IMG/VR virus record: IMGVR_UViG_3300025108_000029
Location: 1-64,000 of that record
Direction: 5' to 3' (one strand)
DNA from: a virus
Length of the DNA stretch: 64,000 nucleotides
How positions within the stretch are numbered: the stretch's first letter is position 1; every line of letters starts with the position of its first letter. The notes beneath the pieces were generated by a model. The model made no database searches. It saw only the letters and a list, made by a program, of their open reading frames with translations, and was not told where the DNA came from. Below, in pieces: positions 60,201-64,000 of this stretch. The position numbers were made by a program, and so were the translations under genes.

Positions 60201-60560
60201 TCATACATTCGTGCCACCAACCCCGACACTAATCCACCTTACACACCTGCGTATTACATGGACATTAGTGCAAGTGACACTGTGCCTATGAGTAAAGGCC
60301 CAAAAATCATCGGAACGGCTGACAGCGGCTTTGATAGTAGTAAAATTGACAATGAAGTTACTCGTGTAATTATCAGTGAGAATACTTTAGAACATTACCG
60401 TTCCGATGCATCACGCCGCCGTACATCTGTAGAAAACGATGAGACTATTGTTCGTAAGGACTACAGTGTACAACCACGGTTCAGTCAAGCCTTACATCCA
60501 AAAGGACATAAAGGAGATGTCTCCTACAACTCAACAGACCACAGTGGTGATGGCGCATGA
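42213..60560 (+). CDS. Giant 6115-aa tail/adhesin protein with N- and C-proximal LamG (concanavalin-like) domains
   Basis: N: FFFDG...FVIEAWV...YHVVAG...LYVNG...FRGAIE; C: LWLKADSL...WKDSG...NGKIAEVIQYN...VEGYLAEKYG; uninterrupted 18.3-kb ORF. Confidence 0.85.
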   Translation: MVGIGRTSNAFFFDGVTDSILIPQGNFTSVGPARDILGKTSRGGDEFTHINSIMDDSFVIEAWVVPDCGGIVAHRDEQFTLEFGTVDTPGPAKFTVQLKTQSGMHPVSLSTAKATSTRWDGVVYPPQEVGGIHDTYNRYLKDNTAYNDATNLNFKHRGLYHVVAGVTAGSVFLYVNGHVVATQEIDIESRIADSTAHVYIGGKGGEFRGAIEAIHFNSEFDSQMAVSTVPVNSDTTKGMYRFEEPLDIVEESYDFNAFTVAADGTTTTITVAATDAQALIARLTGKPYDSTSATTTFTATPYSMGNYKVTDFATTPGTEATLAIPHTPYNILINPGSINRNTEKPNASPPERARIESINGSTGVITVSSIHIDFNISGGKRGLLHSRTADIDNYFVVVNADLLIDNGTGKPYQPPHYGSQIFDKTGQMVIDESNFSQHALVYSTQMATTDNSPSNPFAVSWPSTLDVLYQVGHSGRHRYSHITGHEYMRRYPQPAYLSIDQIMGGTADVVEMGYDSNTKGIADLFAMNALSDFYEESTQVTVANFINSTPATFVVSNGLAKSKEQAIAIGGTNFDYRPFMLKGPVPEFEGDINDDTRLYHLRPESVSRIALLKVPTLQTTHSLAPYVEIHYNAVDLTGASMGKTTPCLMIEKTVPSGNYVLTGSTTVLDVIEADLADATKDTTLFAPGGLIMTGNSQTTTTHHLETEHSLIGDNTGGYELDSEVDFSRCPVNYTPPGNATTDGNTTPQHLTASHNNGVHDSAYHKLCIEPNADNSVKNMTEIGLQSIKPAAVINTGTGVFDEGSTTDASNNFEMFDIIDNVVYNTHEYSGIIFVQPSDRTRTNQLSKMRTNQTEGNSPSIASLLYLMSRTRIRSIKEDEDPGTNEKTVTVLATGIAEGLANQNVNITGSGSPDSHIVKEIEPNAPVVTVTLGGPGQGAINTKPTYDPSPLMRLPGSTRRSCAVQAVSVNTDTDRIYMSVQPLNNLSTDMASWGTYCFPKVGRVYLEDGASAAYSEKTGSGFVFTVDTSGGASIEELRSFLDANGTAYTSFHEWLNGVGIITNATEDEYEISVKLFNDPHFGDDNLCEDGSTVNDRMFQSMDTVNHDYQLGTQYASTRAMVEVPLFPKQFFDHAPTGIFPGPDNSMKIHLDATYTAHSWNPTPVGRRADDIAVSDRNAHSAYGFNANSNEHVSSTTITQIVVSTNHTDIYVSHPKLFPSAESAENQHRNMKDVIRYRRVFLSNNQWGIYQNDPATDGYIRIPTNVSGGFTGGFSEDFFADAIVGALLYVAGGYRNETLIPIASDESTPSSDLENRSPYYYDPANMQTQGGNLDYGLRQYVSAVEFKEGPLTNPHAPRIQSKNASSTILEVNKVSAGLDNNQSLYYFTVDDASTFPEVPFSKIGGYETDSNNPTFGNGDMIFVAEVLTDTPIEMIFLGNIASVSETANQFVCAAPSSFSTTNFKGKTIRLKKACRALYSLTDPANAYINEFSATTFKPSVGGEQWTFTAAGAVGATTLSIAPATATLMPQANTVGINLRPGDELFIEDVSDANHIKYVGKVAFIESPYAGSGHATNTVITLDGTNATTIASGDPLRVSFGTVTENDPDAILNRTWLYPYAQGGLRNGDTIWMNMTMNNPHAVEGLFAKSRGVLSEGQVWTGFNGGKGALATRPRDSIPLENFLIGDSCLETANNFVQHVNKTIELNYESMGLSSSQAPTVAYLDPYLATKGHARVLMFDVAHDREFIAFHDLHMQVQSSAATPHIGFGRHIVTADGIVDIDRYLVQQNGGAPHYFTTQIDVANGFPSENPYMRRTQQSKFIESAYVHNIAGNTSEDVMGTNAGGENPISNFLNHDSYAIPGQGKTKLALIGNSFTEACDTDHAATGTDTHVFGGNVRIIRLNGTIGIRLSKFSVGMTVSGTGIASGSKIIEIDINAGLLYLDKDTTATNSNQTLTFTTTNNSYFMGKGHGHYVHTGFMNEGTSSSFTVADSTLPRVQPAVASPYWADRLHALSRKSLGATQTLAGALKKSRLANNPDTFTLRDASTMMDTPDGTRAISAFLCLKGIRSQSLLLSNHEESRLQHLDHWSKMDFVRRLTIDFGEVGIKEGVTDIEAAAREIVRLINQGGAKNALTTGAMNADTGSIHDPAPWWFADEAFDTQDRGSHMGYLRAHLGRVVEDLDGNTGHSIVIHSTIPGASGRNFCTWLDNSKGQSQYKPQFLIGHGGRFRNFWCQPDETSGENMHPAPMPINKHGRPFAPITTLREYVTQEETDDNFVSNGDFDVRQNDLSSTIQGRNTKRSISAFNGSGMNANTINDESFESQSPSKTLVEGLRTGTQAVGRINFGGMVAAGIPGFAPDAGVWGLGERGNTDFDTRYSNAISTGNTAPTSIADYSDHVTDSQVENVGDGQLYGFQFEDHRGNNYGVRYIYRDMGTNFSNDNTILPPTLDNEICVYFDDRDVGQGGFTIGNHMLGFGDVTGRIDTTGDLTEASYRGNRWNGVPAPSVGIDASVTWSGTELTVVLQAPFDTGGVGDGVMGNHPDVLGYLGFPKTNGLLQINDTFTGTTGYTDADGNAGIKGIVGHTVSYTHRTQNDNNGTHIFYGVVGDTFTSSHFVNSGTVDDTTKVNPTDNVQLRVLLSPRINWTTLVTDELMAAVTAAAINHEDPNRLLNFDCREMYAADGRTFGQWGVAPDAIKIRAHTPSRNTLPLSQMFEATLHKDWGIQAAHLEYGEYTTLHETTVGWTLVATDPINKPYSDAELDSHRRMDVGYLPYTVLQLRSKGRGFNANTATPVLVDSSNTPLSVTSWRRNLKGENYTSITGDHILPCLNNPILLFNNYDSTGGNIENEFVSKTNKIAHAIIPAGQEADSIDSLAKEGSFGEELVFSYATADGIARGAVKSIKSTVSHTSLTYTDGHGNGLWRTAFNGDVNDDFVLTRFAEPNQPGIEREAICGYRSYGSVDSEPIIFFRGARDSIDHSVPLYFGGGFTGVTLDINDGTQNDYSPFYTHPYSGGPTGTAGIQNANEISGSFAMVDCNALLAFFPGTALLNQHRGSINSPVSNKDSILSPDLRGGNLDADFALLNAAAAGDVRARYAAGIVRQQPVPLVLRFAHPTARYHDSQPIVDATCDINSNTTVNMDSTAQLVVGMTVTGAGIPDGATVASITDATTFVLSAAATASTDPVTLTFNYIENKTTYLVYGPGQAFPFTEDDNSNAAVEPHPGYVVTTGNTWSKVPHSKFLPNEITNSDNLYGPPDSTYQTARQRYHWRTTLNWSPPQGIPNVGYLQQRPEHGSHYGEVFTNPTAGKLTSDNAADYYKAHPYKHSAVAYYGIAMSADMTFHMDGGYHPGGSWLDNQMSFNAPNPNSNYRYALESWNQVNATAFRVSGVMAKTILEGANSETALNFDSDYIVVDGTRCQNGEELATIIGQAINENPGKGALKAMGGTFLPSMGNAMRQDRYGWIETNFVSYNNLADDLLGKVFSGEAFDDTTGDVDNSEVHIVATITGATQAELEQIPACGWIRTDTGGRDYTETDVAEADRYIKSSFGCYHSREIWNDSGTYKIKFYLAPNRISGLPLLEDITTWHNKCQSATMTFPTPGYDPGGGGLVHPSPSNIYVWSKAGVHRFNNENESSRNHMTQVHFGGLVDAIDRTRPVGAVGWAGERYSYLNSLKVGTEGYGAGKGAWHPKMGFTPYGSSASCMSVLGHLPSSYPMYNSPEASPRVNGQEASNVSYDVALTTPYTWNIGLVGGDTWYDNYDFTDVESTKDIMSAKPPHILEATDSNTSYILDKKLHHQQGVFSRAMLVISNESELALVAKTDRDGITATGDWLSVVSKTRAGVAAATAITFAGTTRWDERFHNAERYIAPANAGPNVEALIATGTATPTADVPNAAYVLHTALTGDQDANLYNAEPCFAVTGDLFFDTDISPGTMLLEDVTNVTRNITKELELSSTDAEIDNYDYTNDDYWLGDTNGYKLSQRTPAQNFSIEHVVWKRMDGGNLSLPAPNARGLGAVPFVTRVAGGNAYTTGEKLYGNNRFTFESTNSAMFPIIQAQELSHPQMASRHPDLLRNILEIPNEEIQFESITVVDDTGQEHTVEGGSPFGTIIRAFTQLSNRSAQGLAPAISGSGVEPNMKIRLPDPDSIPGNLIVRSGFDRLQAYQTETMGTGGMMTKSTVEHMFDNSLVSPNLGPTYSDHNWEHLKQGSDNPESTMSGWQSSTGNAPLETAYELHDRTLFFHVTKMGNTNTHKHPVIYSHADGVVNHELTGVSFSGTTLTVNTSVNSAVYDSTFGNKERVGERRFLRLYNPTTDEGGVASFTGISGSTFTGCVGDEAFNKLVLSSITTLKVVPSYYIPAGSTRFYGSRRIRDHAEVSGNSPDMAHTHYVNYSVTAEEAMTGYSIYKKPQLTPAPIPRMGHHFVNATMAMLPGHWAHPAYQGLYDKHRACRAATLQSDEFTILDERFDMDDLVTLGSASVHRFPTYDPLLVFGSLTATPSGPSDIHGGGFSLMFETKLRNDGYGVLASEGDAGVTNSKGGHTVVLEAAGNYTLKEHFPDPAEVGAYQIIIQPNMHSSQFIGYHANGPANDVPNGSVSELTSQQVALVVGIREPDSRYGAYALVLANATMADVRGCEIFVNELMIDHDPDHGSHFTNIPPLMLYNPLGVQATESPAFVRRSLPYYPSMFVDATPGFTTNIPWWSIVHKVGPDNADADRFNHLSWHRLDNYYEFLRASSGSIASQITLAGYPSFYPDLYSEILENISLTPVCSVVSVASTIITVDDARGFPKQPYYGMVLEYTDATGTRRTHTYTERSGYDSSLMNKPKQFTIVANSTFTNNLTVGTKLRLSRAYDFRPANTILSDSKTSIINQTLSQTLAGSRDTNSLHMADAFLCLWHPNLGRPHTFYSDASRTWLNPLTDRAINQKPLNSMPEHFETVHYHDATYYASIGPFALRMKTAMPPTEAQSTYYTATSASVSGTTVTATGAIMAGWPTSGTNTVYVNSGSEEEIFTYTGGGAGGTTLTGCVNVKGTPLTTMASGNHSLRYYKTADLAADGSHTRQVVSHTGNTITTNGGEVIADEAYIFVDGRMYQVNGTVAEGGTSVVVFDTLPPQIAVGSIIYTDADGTPQTAQTIDTTIGTGLMQGGQSDSTDTATKSMLNHFWPSGSRGGPLVSRLDGYAYVSSTWDYPRDYGFDGPIWSDADDDGSYAVSSGISKSSYDGISNPTRPRPFGYRFGLRQPYNKPQWSMYGLRALRETAVTATNASVGYTHGPLVQTETQTSTYAGGDGSSTSTFPNTYTGIMERQTNFSGMLGVDKPEWQVRYSDGVRFTRPFGCPIRTLRNSATVLRDWWGDGNGKGLDSIEDAAKYYIVDWWGNTRGEDVRRFPVRSFGIRPSWDAGDAYEYDRRNNRTPYQRIHNNGNHLVNLKGLTNAADTALSVSATLPRFGGRLNNTNNNDTNTLVDVFMPSNAQRVGDMGNGRGIRYPTQFNEDILTALSEPIHTTGLVLSHHTAEPILNDGFIRARNDVLQNTEVPRGISSRLEIAEDGLLKPEAVVSDRIENIVGDSPHKDAVSRSSPRIGLDTENLQGVDTNQIIINTEAHSLHTDRNVGQRVVLQGGMQTGSQTIGNYDLTALDFGGQPQGGAVRMSHTSNFNPLGGTYLAETRNFLSPVDDTDWGGIPTSGMVLWLKADSLDLADGAAVSSWKDSGPYGFEFTQSTASNQPSYIASSSNVNNMPVVDCDGDDKLETSFDARLNTAEMTVFVVAWADSDDGGIHGIIESRAGSPATRSGFNLYIRMDSNNRWQWWGGADTGWATVSSATNSAVGGQAELVTASITGGDGNGSTATLKMNLQGAGNYTTTSAFWKADTGGYIVGNVPSSFYLNGKIAEVIQYNRSMTTEEERQVEGYLAEKYGFSSNPSQWKSSNPYHTDTNGHVRTNVTDKKVTYMMRPVRMMDKQHIEMFRSNLNLHSSSPQVGSNYFGATAGGKYGLYVYDVDNGKASVGSYIRATNPDTNPPYTPAYYMDISASDTVPMSKGPKIIGTADSGFDSSKIDNEVTRVIISENTLEHYRSDASRRRTSVENDETIVRKDYSVQPRFSQALHPKGHKGDVSYNSTDHSGDGA

Positions 60561-60895
60561 TTGAATACGACTTTTGTAATTGTTGTACACCAATGGAAAA
60601 TGCGTTTGCTTTGATGAAGGCAAAGAAAAAAAGTAAACCATTTCACGGTTATAACCCAAACAAGCACAGTCCAAAGGGTGGACTGAACGCTAAGGGTCGT
60701 GCCGCCGCCAAGCGCAAGAGTGGCGCAAATCTCAAACCCCCTGTGACAACTAAGCCAAGTAAACTCAAGCCCGGCTCAAAGAAGGCCAAGCGTCGTAAAT
60801 CATTCTGCGCTCGTATGAGTGGCATGAAAGGCGCAACGAGTAAGAAAGGTAAATTAACACCGAAAGGGGCTTCTCTTAAACGGTGGAACTGCTGA
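60557..60895 (+). CDS. Small basic phage protein (GGLNAKGR...RRKSFCARM) with tag PMENAFALMKA
   Basis: Motif family common in marine phages; very K/R-rich. Confidence 0.8.
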   Translation: MIEYDFCNCCTPMENAFALMKAKKKSKPFHGYNPNKHSPKGGLNAKGRAAAKRKSGANLKPPVTTKPSKLKPGSKKAKRRKSFCARMSGMKGATSKKGKLTPKGASLKRWNC

Positions 60896-61410
60896 TGACT
60901 CCAATAGATAAAGCATGGGTTTTCCTCAAGGCATCACGCCAAATGAAGTTGTACAACTACATAGAAGATTACCCCGGTAAAGAGCCTGTAACTGCTTACC
61001 GTGGAGTACCGTTCTTAACTACACAACCTATGGATGCTACACAATGGCATCAAAAAAATACCCCAATTGACCTTGACAGGAAAGGAACATGGTGGGCTGA
61101 AGGTGGGGCAGAACCACACGCTACTGCTTCGTTTTTTTCTCGAATGCATCCGAATGGTTTTACGCGGGAGGATGATAAGCGAGGCATTATATTAGGACAC
61201 AGGGGTAGATTGGAAAATATTGGGGATGTTCAGCGACGACAAAATGAGTGGAATCCTACTAACGATGCTAAAATGGATGAAGCGTTTGTTTCTCATGACC
61301 GACCTTTTGATTGGGAAAACATTGTATTTTCACAACCTTCTTACAGTGTTACAGATTCTATGAATGAAAATGAACATGATGAATGGTTAATGAACATGAT
61401 GAATGGTTAA
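60895..61410 (+). CDS. Tagged protein (PIDKAWVFLKA), possible ADP-ribosyltransferase-like fold
   Basis: ATG overlaps the upstream stop; AYRGV...TWWAE...DEAFV spacing. Confidence 0.65.
   Translation: MTPIDKAWVFLKASRQMKLYNYIEDYPGKEPVTAYRGVPFLTTQPMDATQWHQKNTPIDLDRKGTWWAEGGAEPHATASFFSRMHPNGFTREDDKRGIILGHRGRLENIGDVQRRQNEWNPTNDAKMDEAFVSHDRPFDWENIVFSQPSYSVTDSMNENEHDEWLMNMMNG
61371..61410 (+). repeat. Exact 20-nt tandem duplication
   Basis: TGAACATGATGAATGGTTAA x2. Confidence 0.9.
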
Positions 61411-61423
61411 GGAGGAATCAATC

Positions 61424-62842
61424 ATGGTAGTTATCAAAAATACAGTCGTCGGTCGGTTTAGTACTGACATGCCCGCAGTAATGGACCATGTGCGTAAGCC
61501 GGTGTTCGTTGACAACGCCGTTCATCATGCAAAGGTGGACACGAGTACAGGTGTACAAGCAAAAGTTACCATTGAAAATAGTAACGCATCTACTTTTCAA
61601 GTCATGCCCGAAACCCGCTATCAAATTGTTGAGGGTGAGTCGTCAATTCAAATCACACATAAAGAAACACCGGGGCATAGTAGCACCGCAGTACCTTTTT
61701 TGGGTGACAATGTATTGAGTTCAACCAACAAACCCATGCTTGTTTACAATGCCGACAACCCCGCCCAACGGCTATCTATCTCCACGCTTGAATCCAGCAC
61801 TGTCGGTATTCTTATGAATCTACAAAACATGAAAGGTAAAACACTTAACGACCTTGGTTTCCTTGAGCGTGAAGTTAAGTTGGGTCAGCCGATTGATGTT
61901 GGTTTGCGAACAACAGACATGGCTATCCGTTTAGGTCAGCAAGCAACTACCAGTATGAATAGTTTCAACATTGGTCGTAGTATGAGTTCCGCAAACAACA
62001 ACAACGGTCGAAGACTCCACTCTACTCGCTTCCTCGGTCAAGACTTTACAAATGTCAACTTGATGACCGCACTACGGTTTATCGGTCGGCATGACAGCCG
62101 CATGATACTCATAGACAGATTCGGTAATATGTTGTATGTTCCTATCACATTCAGCGAAGCCACTCGTAGTGTAAACGCCAACATCCGTTTTGGTTCTAAG
62201 CGAACTGACCCTGTGGATAATACACCAAACCGTGTCACTGTACAAGGTCAACCGATGGCATTGAATGACTTGGTTATCGTTACTGTTGATGACACTGAAA
62301 GACAAAGCGGTAACAACGGTGAGATACGAGAAGAACCAGCACCAGTCGTAGATATGACGGTACGCTCAACCAACGGGGCAAGAAGAGTCGCTCGTCAAAT
62401 CCTACGAGGTCATACACTTACAGCGGGTGCAATCAGCAGTAGCGGTCATCCCGGCATCACTGACATGCGACCGGGTATGACGATTGAGTATGACGGTCGA
62501 ACTCGTGTCATCACAGAAGCAAGACATATGCCGATAGTAGGTATTACCGACCTTACTATGCTTAACATCGAGTCGGGTATAGAAGGTGTACTGCAAGGCA
62601 TTAGTGAAGGGGCAACCGCTGTTTCCAGTGGAGAAGCACCTCTTACTTATGTTCAAATTGTCGAAGAAAACTTATCCATGTTCGGTAAAATTGAATTGCG
62701 TATCACTTCTCAAGTAACCGAGCGAGGTGTTCATACCTCCGCCTTCTTAATCGGAGGGGTTAAAGGCACGAAGACAAGAGGCAAAATTGGTGGCGAAGGG
62801 TTGCCGATAGGTGCGAATAAGACCGAGATTAGGAGATATTGA
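61424..62842 (+). CDS. Putative baseplate hub/tail tip protein
   Basis: GGAGG RBS; IDRFGNMLY, NRVTVQG, ARRVARQIL and MRPGMTI hub-like motifs. Confidence 0.65.
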   Translation: MVVIKNTVVGRFSTDMPAVMDHVRKPVFVDNAVHHAKVDTSTGVQAKVTIENSNASTFQVMPETRYQIVEGESSIQITHKETPGHSSTAVPFLGDNVLSSTNKPMLVYNADNPAQRLSISTLESSTVGILMNLQNMKGKTLNDLGFLEREVKLGQPIDVGLRTTDMAIRLGQQATTSMNSFNIGRSMSSANNNNGRRLHSTRFLGQDFTNVNLMTALRFIGRHDSRMILIDRFGNMLYVPITFSEATRSVNANIRFGSKRTDPVDNTPNRVTVQGQPMALNDLVIVTVDDTERQSGNNGEIREEPAPVVDMTVRSTNGARRVARQILRGHTLTAGAISSSGHPGITDMRPGMTIEYDGRTRVITEARHMPIVGITDLTMLNIESGIEGVLQGISEGATAVSSGEAPLTYVQIVEENLSMFGKIELRITSQVTERGVHTSAFLIGGVKGTKTRGKIGGEGLPIGANKTEIRRY

Positions 62843-62843
62843 C

Positions 62844-63188
62844 ATGCCTGTATCGAATCACATGCGCCGTTTGCTCTTACAGACTATCGCTGATACTATC
62901 AACGAAGTAGTGGTAGGTTTCGACGGAACACCGGCTACTGCGGAGGATGGTGCGGCGGGTCGCCCTGCTATCGTTCTCACACCGACAGTGACGATTATTG
63001 ATGACACTGCTCTACTTATCGAAGCATCAATGAGTATTGATGACACATTCACTGATAGCATCCGTGAGGTGTACATACAAAATCGTACCACCTCCGACTT
63101 CACACCTGTCGCTCGTTATACAACAAAACCGATTATCAAGACATCGGCAAACGAAATTAACATTGAAATACTCATAGAGGTGGCATAG
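62844..63188 (+). CDS. Small tail-tip/fibre-attachment protein
   Basis: IREVYI...PVARY...PIIKT pattern of fibre N-terminal domains. Confidence 0.6.
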   Translation: MPVSNHMRRLLLQTIADTINEVVVGFDGTPATAEDGAAGRPAIVLTPTVTIIDDTALLIEASMSIDDTFTDSIREVYIQNRTTSDFTPVARYTTKPIIKTSANEINIEILIEVA

Positions 63189-63189
63189 A

Positions 63190-64000
63190 ATGGGAAACGG
63201 TAATCCAGTATCGGGGCATACGAATCATAACTTGACAGTAGCGACAGCAACGAATGTTGACGGCTTAGGTGACGGCGACCATATCCTGTCACCCACACTC
63301 ACCAACATGGTAGAGGGTATTCACGGTAATGGTGTTATCATGTATGATGATACATCGGGTGGAGAAGGTGATAGAAACATTCCCGCAAATATACCCGGTG
63401 CTGTCAATTACGCAAGTGGAACTACTTTTACTGTTAAAGGGGGCTATGCTGTACTTGATGGTATCATGTATCAATTCGCAGGTGGTGTAGGTGCAACAAC
63501 AACATACACCCTCAACACGAGTAGTGCAAGTGCGACTGGCTCGCCTACTGCTCTTACCAGTGGTAAAGAAGCATTAGTTGTAGTGTATGTTTCCGCTGAT
63601 AATACTTCTACTGTTAAAAATATTTATTGGGAATTAGGAACTGCTATTACTGCCGGTACAAACAGTTACCCTGCTACTCCCACAGGATTCCTTAACACAC
63701 CTACCGCAACAGGTAGTAGTGCATTAGCAAACACTCAAACAGTTGTTCTCGCTGTATTGCGTGTAGTGTATGATGCAGGAGGTGATGACCTCAAATTATC
63801 AATCACAGAAGTAAATGATAAGCGGGTATTTGTTCGACCATCACCTATGTACTTCTCACCTGTTACCAGTGGAGATGTAGCATCAACCGATGAACTGCTT
63901 GACCTTGACGCTTTTCACAGTGGGATAGGTAATGGTGCTTTAGGTGCATCACGCTTTGGTGCAATGTGGCAATCATTCGGTGCGGCTGTGACAGGTGCTA
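63190..64000 (+). CDS. Tail fibre-like protein, partial (runs off the window)
   Basis: ATG 63190, MGNGNPVSGHTNHN...VKGGYAVLDG...; G/T/S/A-rich; appears open to the window end. Confidence 0.65.
   Translation, partial: MGNGNPVSGHTNHNLTVATATNVDGLGDGDHILSPTLTNMVEGIHGNGVIMYDDTSGGEGDRNIPANIPGAVNYASGTTFTVKGGYAVLDGIMYQFAGGVGATTTYTLNTSSASATGSPTALTSGKEALVVVYVSADNTSTVKNIYWELGTAITAGTNSYPATPTGFLNTPTATGSSALANTQTVVLAVLRVVYDAGGDDLKLSITEVNDKRVFVRPSPMYFSPVTSGDVASTDELLDLDAFHSGIGNGALGASRFGAMWQSFGAAVTGA

Noticed and set aside
1-64000. tRNA, rRNA, integrase, transposase, diversity-generating retroelement
   Set aside because: Intergenic gaps are short with no cloverleaf seen by eye, and no recombinase or reverse-transcriptase motifs were found; tRNAscan/Infernal would be needed to exclude small RNAs

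Overview
This window is the morphogenesis half of a large tailed dsDNA virus (Caudoviricetes, HK97 fold, siphovirus-like tail). It most likely infects an archaeon: genes have GAGGTG(A) ribosome-binding sites and TATA-like boxes about 20-30 nt before start codons, and gene style and order resemble marine 'magrovirus'/halovirus-type genomes. The host assignment is inference. Gene order: accessory region (0.2-7.7 kb, including an HMG-CoA lyase); membrane-protein + small-GTPase operon (7.9-11.5 kb); TerS candidate; TerL; small basic/Cys-rich proteins; LAGLIDADG protein; portal; a 1948-aa protein ending in a degenerate DNA-ligase fold; prohead protease with nested scaffold; MCP; adaptor, terminator, tail tube, chaperones; a short tape measure; Dit-like protein; a 6115-aa LamG tail protein; hub; fibre (partial). 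The main unexplained signal is a ~10-15 aa tag, roughly P-[MF]-D-x-A-[WMF]-x-L-L-K. It occurs 14 times in 12 otherwise unrelated ORFs across the window, either at N-termini or as a linker between modules. It ends in the same hydrophobic-hydrophobic-K motif seen in the MCP leader and scaffold, suggesting a capsid-targeting and protease-release system for cargo proteins. Other highlights: an Arf/Rab-like GTPase operon, two iteron/operator-like repeat arrays, a homopolymer-split gene, a candidate -1 tail frameshift, and four small genes missed by the ORF track. No tRNA, rRNA, CRISPR array or integrase was recognised.
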